In this document: positions 30,655 to 39,435 of the stretch, piece after piece | Layout: each line of letters begins with the position of its first letter | How positions within the stretch are numbered: the first letter of the stretch is position 1 | Source: an uncultured Candidatus Saccharibacteria bacterium | Lineage (GTDB): Bacteria; Patescibacteriota; Minisyncoccia; Phycocordibacterales; PALSA-1337 | Reading direction: 5' to 3' | DNA length: 64,000 nucleotides | Assembly (NCBI GenBank): GCA_964565685.1 | Contig: CAZMFR010000001.1 | Span: forward strand, 36,376 to 100,375 | The notes under the pieces: generated by a model | What the model saw: the letters and a program-made list of their open reading frames with translations, nothing else | Told to the model about the DNA's origin: nothing | Databases searched by the model: none | Translations under genes and position numbers: made by a program

Positions 30655-31320
30655 ATGAAGGAAGAAGCACTGACCACAGCTCAAGTTGATGTCATTGCCG
30701 AAATGTTGGCGAGAGCATCTTTCAAAGGAAATACTTCCACGGCACAGCTATTTTGCATCATCGGCTTGGTTGGTGCCGGCAAGAGCGCTGTTGCAGGGCA
30801 CATCGCCGAAAAGATTGGAGCAAGGGTCGTCAATGCGAATGATATCCGCTTGAAGCTCCGCAAAGCCCAAGGATCATACACCAATGATCGGATCGTCGGG
30901 GAGAAGTTGATTCTGAAGCTCCTTGAAAAGGGTTATTCCGTCGTCGCCGATTCCGATCACGGCGATGAGCGCAAGAGAAAAAGTTTGCTTGCGCGCGTGA
31001 AAGATGTCCCCGATCTTCAAATCCATTATATTCGGGTGCATGCGGATTTCGAAGTCATCACTCAACGTATCTTCGAGAAGACAAAATATGAAGGCGAGAC
31101 AATATATTCTGTCGCCGTCGAAGGCCTCAAGGATAGGGTCAGTTCAGCTGTCATCCGTCTTCGTGAATTCTGGCGCCGAACGCCGCATCACTACGACTGG
31201 ATCGAGGAAGGCGGCGGACAGTGGAAGTTGAAAGCACCGTCTGTCACTCTTTTGGCTGACCTTGATACCGGCGGCGATTGGCAAAAAGAACTTGACAAAG
31301 CACTTGCAACGCTCAAATAA
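30655..31320 (+). CDS. P-loop kinase (AAA_33-like)
   Basis: IIGLVGAGKS Walker A, NDIR, VVAD. Confidence 0.75.
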   Translation: MKEEALTTAQVDVIAEMLARASFKGNTSTAQLFCIIGLVGAGKSAVAGHIAEKIGARVVNANDIRLKLRKAQGSYTNDRIVGEKLILKLLEKGYSVVADSDHGDERKRKSLLARVKDVPDLQIHYIRVHADFEVITQRIFEKTKYEGETIYSVAVEGLKDRVSSAVIRLREFWRRTPHHYDWIEEGGGQWKLKAPSVTLLADLDTGGDWQKELDKALATLK

Positions 31321-31335
31321 AGCACTTTATCTCAT

Positions 31336-31364
31336 GCCCCGCGCACCTTGCGCGGGGCTTTTTT
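31336..31364 (+). terminator. intrinsic terminator
   Basis: GCCCCGCGCA-CCT-TGCGCGGGGC-TTTTTT. Confidence 0.85.
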
Positions 31365-31379
31365 GTTACATATCCCAAA

Positions 31380-31436
31380 GATTTTAACTTTTCTTTAGAA
31401 CTTTTTTAACTTTTCTTAATAATTGGTCTGTATAAT
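31380..31436 (+). promoter_or_regulatory. direct-repeat box plus -10 upstream of mazF-like gene
   Basis: 43-bp box 31380-31422, TATAAT at 31431-31436. Confidence 0.75.
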
Positions 31437-31443
31437 TTGGTAC

Positions 31444-31842
31444 ATGAATGAAAGATATATAAAGGAATTTGACCTTTGGAACGCTAAAAAGAAGGAGATC
31501 GAACGGTCAGATGTGGAGCGGCTTTGTCGTGAACGAGAGATTTGGTGGTGCACTCTTGGGGTGAATGTAGGTTCCGAACAAGACGGCAAGAACGAGCTAT
31601 TTGAGAGACCTGTCTTGATCTTGAAGAGATATAATATAGATTTGATTCTTATCCTGCCAATCACCAGTACAGAAAAGAACAATCCATATTACGTAAAAAT
31701 CAGCGGCGTCGTGTCTTCAAGTGTTATCTTGTCTCAGATTAGAGCCGTAGACAGCAAGAGACTTTTACGGAAAGTAGGAATGATCTCCATAAAAAATTAC
31801 CTACTTGTTTTGTTCAGTTTACTCAAGACACTGCTTCCCTAG
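31444..31842 (+). CDS. mazF: PemK/MazF family toxin (orphan, no protein antitoxin)
   Basis: REIWWCTLGVNVGSEQDGK, RPVLIL, LPITS, SQIRAVDSKRL. Confidence 0.88.
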   Translation: MNERYIKEFDLWNAKKKEIERSDVERLCREREIWWCTLGVNVGSEQDGKNELFERPVLILKRYNIDLILILPITSTEKNNPYYVKISGVVSSSVILSQIRAVDSKRLLRKVGMISIKNYLLVLFSLLKTLLP

Positions 31843-31895
31843 AAAACGAAACCCCGCTCTGAAGCGGGGAATCTCGGAGGCCGAAGCCATTGTAG
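31843..31895 (-). ncRNA. candidate small RNA convergent with mazF
   Basis: GGC-TTCG-GCC hairpin then CGAGA..CCCCGCT-TCAG-AGCGGGG-TTTCG-TTTT terminator. Confidence 0.7.
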
Positions 31896-31900
31896 AGACC

Positions 31901-31928
31901 ATTATAGCAAGTCCAATTTTGCTGTCAA
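31901..31928 (-). promoter_or_regulatory. consensus sigma70 promoter for small RNA
   Basis: TTGACA-N16-TATAAT with extended TG. Confidence 0.85.
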
Positions 31929-31946
31929 CCACCCTTTGGGAAAAAA

Positions 31947-33746
31947 TTAATCTGCCATCCTCTTCTTCCCGACTTCCGCCAGCTTCTTTGAAAGCTCATG
32001 GCAGAGTTTTGCCGCGATATTGGATTTTTCGGCGTTCTTTTCTCGCTCGGCGGCGGCCAGATCATTCATCGCCTCGGACAGCTTCTCCTTTAAAATATCT
32101 TCCTCGAAATTGACCATCAATTCGGCCAATTCTTTTGAAAAGTCATGCCCGTCGCCATAGGTGATCTCGGCTTCGAGAACTAGGTCGTCTTTCAATGATT
32201 CGACTTCGCTTGCGATCTTTTGGTACTCGTCGCCGGCGATTTCCTTGATCTTTTCATAAAAAACTTTTGGATCAATGGGGATTTTTTCCGCCTTGCCGAC
32301 AGAAACACCAGCGTTCTTTTCGAGAAAAGCCAGGAGGCCAAAGAGCTTTCGCATGATGATATCGAGCCGGGCTTGAGGGATAGTCTTTGCCGTCAACGAG
32401 GACGCGCCCGGTCTCGAAGCAGACAAAACCTCCTCTGGTTTTTTGTTTTTCAAGTATGCACCAAGGTCGTCGCGCACGGATTCCTCGGAAAGGCCAGTTT
32501 TATCATGCACCATTTTTATCCAATGGGAGCGTTCCATAGATCCGGCGACTTCGGCGATGAATGGCAGGACTTTTTCACGGATGAGAGCGGGCAATTTCCT
32601 AGAGTCGAGCTTCGCGCCTTCTTTTTCCTTCATGATGCCATCGAGGATGAATTCAACGATCGGCTTTGAGCGGCGCAGGGTGTCTCTCCATTTTTCAGGA
32701 TTTGCCAGGACAAGGTCGGCTGGATCCTTGCCGCCTTCGATATCGGCGATCTTGACATCCATGCCGAGGTTGAGAGCGATCCGTGCCGCGCGCAAGGAAG
32801 CGTTTTTTCCGGCTTTATCTGAATCGAAAGCGATCAGCAAATTCGGCGACAAGCGGCGTATGATGCCGACATTGTTCGTCACATGCTCGCGCGAGATAGC
32901 GTCTTCGGCGAGTGCCGTACCGGAAGCGGCAACCGTATTTTTTATCCCTGCCTGATGCGACATTATGAGATCCATCTGGCCTTCGACGAGGATAGTGTAA
33001 TCTCTCTTGCGGATCTCGCCTTTGGCCTTGTCTATGCCGTATAGGACGGCCGATTTATCGTAGAGCGGCGAGTCTGGCGTGTTTATATACTTGCCCTCGC
33101 CCTCCTTTTCATGGAGCAAACGGCCGGAAAAAGCGATGATACGGCCGGACGAGTCCATGATCGGAAACATGACGCGATCGCGAAAACGGTCGTAATAATC
33201 GCCGGCATCCTTTCTCTTGACCAATCCCGCCTTCTCCATATCCGCATCGTTAAAACCCTTCTTTGACATCGCATCACGCAGATTGCGCCAACCTTCCGGC
33301 GCGAAACCGATCCTGAATTCTGTTATCGTCTCCTCTTTTACTCCCCTTTTTTTCAAGTATTCTTTTGCTTCGCCAGATAAACGCCCTTGATAAAAGATAG
33401 CGGCAGATTCCATGACAGAATATAGCCGCTCGCGCTCGGTTTTCTTTTCCCTATTTTCGAGGGTTATTGGGATGCCGGCACGTTCAGCGAGCAGTTTTAA
33501 AGAGCCCATGAAATCGAGGCCTTCGAATTGCTCGACAAAAGTGAATATATCCCCCTTTGCGCCGCAACCAAAGCAATAGAACGAGCCGCGATCCGGCGAG
33601 ACAAAAAATGACGGCGTCTTTTCGTTGTGGAATGGGCAGCGGCCCTTCCAATTCTTGCCGGCTTTCTCCAGCTTCATATACGATGAAATGACTTCCTCGA
33701 CGCCGAGGCGCTCTTTTATCATATCGACTGTGGAGCGGTCTTTCAT
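31947..33746 (-). CDS. dnaG: DNA primase
   Basis: CPFHNEKTPSF zinc finger, DRFRDRVMFP, KYINTP, VEGQMD, FDSDKAG, KDPAD. Confidence 0.97.
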   Translation of the reverse strand: MKDRSTVDMIKERLGVEEVISSYMKLEKAGKNWKGRCPFHNEKTPSFFVSPDRGSFYCFGCGAKGDIFTFVEQFEGLDFMGSLKLLAERAGIPITLENREKKTERERLYSVMESAAIFYQGRLSGEAKEYLKKRGVKEETITEFRIGFAPEGWRNLRDAMSKKGFNDADMEKAGLVKRKDAGDYYDRFRDRVMFPIMDSSGRIIAFSGRLLHEKEGEGKYINTPDSPLYDKSAVLYGIDKAKGEIRKRDYTILVEGQMDLIMSHQAGIKNTVAASGTALAEDAISREHVTNNVGIIRRLSPNLLIAFDSDKAGKNASLRAARIALNLGMDVKIADIEGGKDPADLVLANPEKWRDTLRRSKPIVEFILDGIMKEKEGAKLDSRKLPALIREKVLPFIAEVAGSMERSHWIKMVHDKTGLSEESVRDDLGAYLKNKKPEEVLSASRPGASSLTAKTIPQARLDIIMRKLFGLLAFLEKNAGVSVGKAEKIPIDPKVFYEKIKEIAGDEYQKIASEVESLKDDLVLEAEITYGDGHDFSKELAELMVNFEEDILKEKLSEAMNDLAAAEREKNAEKSNIAAKLCHELSKKLAEVGKKRMAD

Positions 33747-33955
33747 GATGGTATTGTACGCTTTTTAATATTATTTCTCAATTCTGTAAATACCTAACAC
33801 AAAATCAAACTAAATAAAATGACTACTACCAGGATTATTTTTTTGAACGCTTCATATCCACGCAGAGTAAAATTATTATTCACAGATAAATCACATTCAA
33901 ATCATGCTTTGTGAATTTTATGATTCTATGAGATTACCAATCTACTCACTTGGTT

Positions 33956-35272
33956 TTATAATATGACCCCTCCTCCCAAACAAACTTCCCCGTCATACAC
34001 AACGAGTGACTGACCCGGCGTCAAAGCGTTCTGTGGTTTGTCGAATTTTATCTCGGCTGTTCCGGAGTCTTCTTTAATTGAAGTAAAAACAAGCGGCACG
34101 AGCGGCTGGCGATAACGAGTACGACCGGATTCCAGAGGTCCGACCTCTGGAATTTTAATCCAATTCGTCCTTTCGAGCATAACCATAGTTTTCGCCTCCG
34201 CCAAAAGTCCTTGTGGATCTTTGTTTGAAACAGTGATCGTGTTCTTCTCGACATCCTTTGCAACAATGAAATACGGCTCGTCATGCGGCGTCTTCTTATC
34301 TATGACAAAACCGTGACGCTCGCCGATAGTCAGGAAAAAAGCGCCGTCGTGATGACCGATAGCTTTTCCTGCTTCATCGAGGACATCCCCATTTTTCGGC
34401 TCCATATAATGAGAGAGGAATTCTTTTATGTCGACTTTGCCGATGAAACAGAGGCCTTGGCTGTCTTTTTTGTCTGCATTCGGCAAATTGAATCTCTGTG
34501 CGAGCTTGCGCACGTCTGGCTTCTCTATGTCACCGATCGGAAAGAGGATGTGCGGCAGTTGTTCTCGGCGGATGTTCCAGAGGAAGTATGATTGGTCTTT
34601 GTTCGGATCAGTGCCAGCAAGCAAGCAATAATCGGTCTCAGCACCAGATACATTCTTTCTCCGGACTATTCCCGGGTTTCCCAAGCCAAGTTCTCGCCCT
34701 GAACGCTCGCCCGGGAGCCATCCAAAAGAGGTATTTGGCGCTTCGCCTTGATTTTCGACTCGGCATTCTTGACTTTCGACTCGGCGCTTTCGACTTTCGA
34801 CTATCCTTGCATAATGCCCCGTCGCCACGAAATCAGCGCCCTGCCCCATCGCGAAATCATAGAATGCGCCAAATTTGACGCTCTTGTTGCACATAACATC
34901 CGGATTCGGCGTCCGACCAGCTCGATATTCGGCGATCATATAGTCGACGACATCGCGCTTGTATTCTTTTTCCAGATCCAAAGTCATAAAAGGAATGTCC
35001 AAAACTGCCGCTACACGCATGGCATCGAGACGATCCTGTCGCCAGTTGCAATCCATCCAATCCGGCTGCCAGACTTTTATAAAGACGCCAATGACATCGT
35101 AACCGTCACGCTTTAAAAGCGCAGCAGAAACAGAGCTATCTACGCCGCCCGACATGCCGACAAATACCCGTTTGTTTCGACTTCTATTGTTTTTTTTGTC
35201 TTGTATGGCATTTATAGACCTGTGTGGCTTTGACACTATAGGAGATAATGCCGAATTATATTGACCTTTCAT
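33956..35272 (-). CDS. mnmA: tRNA 2-thiouridylase MnmA (with internal insertion)
   Basis: MSGGVDSS, TPNPDVMCN, ATGHYA, KDQSYFL, DSQGLCF, TPGQ; start uncertain. Confidence 0.95.
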   Translation of the reverse strand: MKGQYNSALSPIVSKPHRSINAIQDKKNNRSRNKRVFVGMSGGVDSSVSAALLKRDGYDVIGVFIKVWQPDWMDCNWRQDRLDAMRVAAVLDIPFMTLDLEKEYKRDVVDYMIAEYRAGRTPNPDVMCNKSVKFGAFYDFAMGQGADFVATGHYARIVESRKRRVESQECRVENQGEAPNTSFGWLPGERSGRELGLGNPGIVRRKNVSGAETDYCLLAGTDPNKDQSYFLWNIRREQLPHILFPIGDIEKPDVRKLAQRFNLPNADKKDSQGLCFIGKVDIKEFLSHYMEPKNGDVLDEAGKAIGHHDGAFFLTIGERHGFVIDKKTPHDEPYFIVAKDVEKNTITVSNKDPQGLLAEAKTMVMLERTNWIKIPEVGPLESGRTRYRQPLVPLVFTSIKEDSGTAEIKFDKPQNALTPGQSLVVYDGEVCLGGGVIL

Positions 35273-35329
35273 GATGCGGATGATACCATCTCATCAAGCA
35301 CAGTTCAACAAAATAAATCCTCATGAATT

Positions 35330-35542
35330 ATGAATATCCTCTTCATCAACAAAAGCCGCATGAATCGCATCAAAGCCATTCTCCTTTTGGAAAAAGAGGG
35401 AGATTTGGTGATCACAACATCTAACAGTGGAAAGGGTGTCTCATTTTTAAAATTCTGGAAGCCAGACAAAATCATTTATAATTTGTCAACTGCACAGAAG
35501 CTCGCTTCCAAAAGAAAGCAACCAACAAAGCCGCGAACATAA
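35330..35542 (+). CDS. truncated/degenerate response-regulator receiver-like protein
   Basis: MNILFIN..LEKEGDLVITTSN..KPDKIIYNL mirrors the receiver N-terminal half but lacks the acidic residues. Confidence 0.45.
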   Translation: MNILFINKSRMNRIKAILLLEKEGDLVITTSNSGKGVSFLKFWKPDKIIYNLSTAQKLASKRKQPTKPRT

Positions 35543-35579
35543 GTTCCGGCTTCTTTTTTGTACAAGGATAGCCCTTGTA

Positions 35580-36521
35580 CTACAGATACTTTGTCTCATT
35601 GGTCATCTGCTCGTCATATGTCTCGGCAAAATGTATGTTCCCTTTTGAATCAGACAAATAATACCAATATGTCGTGCTAGCCGGCGAGATTGAGTCCTCT
35701 ATCGCTGAAAGCCCGGGGTTACCGATAGGCGTCGGAGGCAAGCCGAGATTTTTATATGTATTGAATGGCGAAGTGGTCGCCAAGTCGTCAGAAGTCAATT
35801 TTGTACCGTCTTTATCCAGAGCAAAAGCTAGGGCGGCATCCACTTGGAGAGGCATCTTGTCGTCTAGACGCTTCCATAGAATGCCAGCGATGATACGGCG
35901 GTCATTAGAAGAGGTCGCTTCGCGCTCGAGAATCGAGGCCATGATGACGATGGACGATGTGGCACGGCCAGATTCCGAGATCTGATCTTGGACAGAAGAA
36001 ATCTTTTGATCAAAGAGCGTGCGCATAGCTTTCACCGCATCGTCTGGCGAAGTATCCATATTAAAGAAATACGTGTCCGGAAACAGATATCCTTCTGACG
36101 GATCTGCCAAAGTCATAAAAGTCGAAGTGGAAAAACCAGGAATATCTTTGCCGAGCAACGCTGAAATCTGCTGTACATCAAAACCCTCTGGGATGGTCAC
36201 TTTGATCGGGGTAAATCCATATTCTCCATTGACGAGCCGCCGTGCGACCTGTACGACTGATTCCTTCGAATCAAAAAGATAATCCCCTGCCTTGACCCCT
36301 CTCTCGCCTGAAAAAATTATCACAAAAGACTTGAATAGAGCTTCTGATCTTATCATATGATCATTATAGAGATTATCCGTGACTGCGGCGAGCGAAGAGT
36401 TCTGCTCGATGTGAAAAATCGTTCCGACAGGAAAAGTTAAAGAAGGAAACGCGGCAAAACCAAACATGGCAAGTAAAACGACTATGAAAAAAACACCGAT
36501 AGCCGACAGAAACTTTTTCAT
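35580..36521 (-). CDS. mltG: endolytic transglycosylase MltG
   Basis: TIPEG, EGYLFPDTY, MASILERE, PLQVDA, SPFNTY..GLPPTPIGNPG. Confidence 0.95.
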   Translation of the reverse strand: MKKFLSAIGVFFIVVLLAMFGFAAFPSLTFPVGTIFHIEQNSSLAAVTDNLYNDHMIRSEALFKSFVIIFSGERGVKAGDYLFDSKESVVQVARRLVNGEYGFTPIKVTIPEGFDVQQISALLGKDIPGFSTSTFMTLADPSEGYLFPDTYFFNMDTSPDDAVKAMRTLFDQKISSVQDQISESGRATSSIVIMASILEREATSSNDRRIIAGILWKRLDDKMPLQVDAALAFALDKDGTKLTSDDLATTSPFNTYKNLGLPPTPIGNPGLSAIEDSISPASTTYWYYLSDSKGNIHFAETYDEQMTNETKYL

Positions 36522-37972
36522 ACTGGTATATTCGCTGGCGCTTCGCCTTTCTTTGACGGCACGCGAGTCAATGTCGGCGTAGCCGCGACCTGACCCGGGA
36601 AGTGATAGATGGTAGCGAGCGACTCAGAGCTCATTATCATGGGCTTCAGATGACCGATAATATGCGTATATGGCGGAAAGAAGTACGAACGGCGCTTGTA
36701 CATGTCGAGGGCTTGTTTTGAAAAATGCTCGGCCATTTTGCCGCTCCTGTCTTCCCATGGCAAGTCTATCCTCTCGAACCACAGGTCATCGCTCGTGCCG
36801 AGCCCGTTCATGTGCGGAGCGCTGTATTGTTTCCACATGCTCTGCATGGCGCCTGGATTCGCCTTGTTGAAATTCTCTTTTTTGGCGATGTACATAAGGC
36901 GGATGCCCACATCAAAGCCGAGCTTCGTAATATTGCGCTCGATGGCTGTGATGATATCTTCCTCGCCTTTCGTTATCCTAGGCATCTTTGAAAAACCAGT
37001 GTCAGCATCGGCCGCACCGGCAACATGTGTCTTTGGATCGCGCCTGTGCAATTTGTTCACCAACGCTTCGGCCTCTTTTTGTCTCTTGTCGTGCTTTTTA
37101 AAGAAGTGACCTGGCTCGACATGATCGCTCTTTTTATATGCACGGACTAATATCTGCACCCATGCTTGCTGATTGACCCCGATCGATCCCAAAAATTCAA
37201 TGACCGGCGCGATCGGATCGACCTTGAATTCTTCCTTTGGATCCTTGTCTAGACCGTAATCCACATAAGTCATGAGCGGGTATGCGTCTTCTTTGCTGAA
37301 TTGAAGGTCAGCGGCCCAGATCTCCATTGTCTTTGGATCGTAATGGACAGATTGGGCGTAATCTGTCGCATCATGGACTTCTATGCCCGGGAATTGGGCA
37401 TACAGCGATGTCGAGATAAAATTCTTCAGAGATTTTCTCATCCAAATGAAGAAATGTATCTGCCCTTCTATCGAGACGAGCTCGAGAGAAAACCAAGCTC
37501 TGGTCTTTCCGTACCAATATTTGCCGAACCAGCCGCCTTCGCCCGCAGTCTGATGGAGCGCGGTCAGGAACATCTCCATGGCCACTGGGGACTTCACCGT
37601 CTCTTTTGGCAATCTGACTTCGACTATAGAATATTCTTGCTTTGAAAGCGTTTTGGCTCTCGTGTAATTAATCCAAAGATCGATGAAAATAAAGAAAAGA
37701 GCGATCATCACCGCCAAAGGAGACAGAGCGATCAAGATGTCAAAGAATACATTAAAATTTGATGAGCTTACAAATATATTGACGAATAACCAGAAACAAA
37801 AGACGACGATAAAACCGGAAATGCTCCAAAAAAGATATTCCTTGTGCTCTTTTAGCTTGTGGTTGACAAAAAAATAACGGTAGATATTAAAGAAAAAAAC
37901 AACGACAGAGACAGCGATCAAGATGTACATGATCACATGATATTGCGTTATAGATAGACCTATCTGGCTCAT
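36518..37972 (-). CDS. conserved CPR membrane protein (resembles N-terminal region of the VirD4-like ATPase)
   Basis: N-terminal TMs; MEMFL, FSLELVS, AQFP, YPLMTY, DPI, LATIYHFP parallel motifs in 4058-6832. Confidence 0.75.
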   Translation of the reverse strand: MSQIGLSITQYHVIMYILIAVSVVVFFFNIYRYFFVNHKLKEHKEYLFWSISGFIVVFCFWLFVNIFVSSSNFNVFFDILIALSPLAVMIALFFIFIDLWINYTRAKTLSKQEYSIVEVRLPKETVKSPVAMEMFLTALHQTAGEGGWFGKYWYGKTRAWFSLELVSIEGQIHFFIWMRKSLKNFISTSLYAQFPGIEVHDATDYAQSVHYDPKTMEIWAADLQFSKEDAYPLMTYVDYGLDKDPKEEFKVDPIAPVIEFLGSIGVNQQAWVQILVRAYKKSDHVEPGHFFKKHDKRQKEAEALVNKLHRRDPKTHVAGAADADTGFSKMPRITKGEEDIITAIERNITKLGFDVGIRLMYIAKKENFNKANPGAMQSMWKQYSAPHMNGLGTSDDLWFERIDLPWEDRSGKMAEHFSKQALDMYKRRSYFFPPYTHIIGHLKPMIMSSESLATIYHFPGQVAATPTLTRVPSKKGEAPANIPV

Positions 37973-38091
37973 AGAATAAGTATAACAATTAAAGGCAAAA
38001 GGCAAAAGGCAAAAAGTTTGTACAAGGGTAGCCCTATGTATAAATTAGTGCTTGGTCATCTATTAGATCGATCGGACGATCAGACAAATTT

Positions 38092-39066
38092 TTACTCCCC
38101 TTCTTCATCCCCAACTTTTCCTGTCTTTTCGAATTCGTGCAAGGCGTCTATGATCGGATCGAGCTTGCCGGCAAAGATAGTCTCTATATTGTGCCAGCTT
38201 TGTTTTATGTGATGGTCGGTTATACGGTCTTGCAGGATATTATATGTCCGGATTTTTTCGCTTCTGTCGCCAGTGCCGAGCTGGGCTTTTTTGTTGGCGC
38301 TGAATTTTTTGGCTGCCTCTTCTTCCTGTTGCGCCTCTATCTTTGCGGTCAAGATTTGCATGGCCCGCTCGCGGTTGGCGCTCTGAGAACGTTCGGCAGT
38401 GACGCGCACGTCGAGGCCTGTCGGCTTGTGGATGAGGCGCACAGCCGTCTCGACTTTGTTGACGTTCTGACCGCCCTTGCCCCCTGCGCGCGAGAATTCC
38501 ATTTCGAGATCGCTGGGCGGGATAACAAGCTTTGTTTTTTTACGTATGGGCAATATAGCAACGGCGGCAGTCGATGTGTGGATACGACCGCTCTTTTCCG
38601 TCTCCGGCACGCGCTGGATGCGATGGACGCCGGTTTCCCAGCGCAAGTCGTCGTAGGCGCCTTTGCCTTTTATCTCGAGCGAAGCCTCTTTGTATCCTTT
38701 GAGAGAACTCCGCGATTCTTCGACTATTTTTGCCTGCCATCCTTTTGAGGCCGCATAGTTCTTATACATTTGGACCAACTCCTCGGCAAACAGCGCCGCT
38801 TCTTCCCCGCCGGCTCCGGCGCGCACTTCTAGAATGAGTTCGTTCGGCGTTTCTACTTCTTCTTTTTCAGAATCGAGTATCGCTTGAACTTGACCTTCGA
38901 TGTTCTTTTTTTGTTCTGCGATATTTTTCAAATCCGCTTCAGCCATCTCGCGCATAGTCTCATCTTTTGCCATTTCCAAAACCTCCGCTTCTTCTTTCGA
39001 GAGCTTTTCATGCATTTCAACTAAAAACGCCGTTTTGTGATTTTTTTTGAGTTCGTCCCAATCCAT
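38092..39066 (-). CDS. prfA: peptide chain release factor 1 (N-terminally short)
   Basis: [22 protein letters not shown] (PxT), [12 protein letters not shown]. Confidence 0.93.
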   Translation of the reverse strand: MDWDELKKNHKTAFLVEMHEKLSKEEAEVLEMAKDETMREMAEADLKNIAEQKKNIEGQVQAILDSEKEEVETPNELILEVRAGAGGEEAALFAEELVQMYKNYAASKGWQAKIVEESRSSLKGYKEASLEIKGKGAYDDLRWETGVHRIQRVPETEKSGRIHTSTAAVAILPIRKKTKLVIPPSDLEMEFSRAGGKGGQNVNKVETAVRLIHKPTGLDVRVTAERSQSANRERAMQILTAKIEAQQEEEAAKKFSANKKAQLGTGDRSEKIRTYNILQDRITDHHIKQSWHNIETIFAGKLDPIIDALHEFEKTGKVGDEEGE

Positions 39067-39132
39067 GGTGTAAGTATATAGCAGAAAAGGAGAAAGCGCT
39101 GAAGCTCTCTCCCCTTTTTCTATCAGACAAAG

Positions 39133-39396
39133 TTAAGACTTCTTCTTGGTCGCTTTTGCTTGCCTTGCTTTGAATTTTTCGACGCGACCAGCAGAATCCA
39201 TCATCTTTTCCTGGTTAGTATAAAAAGGGTGCGATGACGAAGAGATCTCGACGGAGACAAGAGGATATTCCACGCCATCATGCCATTTGCCCTTTTCGGC
39301 AGTCTTTATGGTCGAGGCAACGAGAAAATCCATGTTATTCGAGTTGTCATGGAAAATGACCTTCCGGTAGTCCTTTGGGTGTATGTCTTTTTTCAT
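39133..39396 (-). CDS. rpmE2: 50S ribosomal protein L31 type B
   Basis: [24 protein letters not shown]; no Cys. Confidence 0.95.
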   Translation of the reverse strand: MKKDIHPKDYRKVIFHDNSNNMDFLVASTIKTAEKGKWHDGVEYPLVSVEISSSSHPFYTNQEKMMDSAGRVEKFKARQAKATKKKS

Positions 39397-39435
39397 AGGA
39401 ACAATGTAGCAAATATGACCGAAAAAGGCAAGAAA

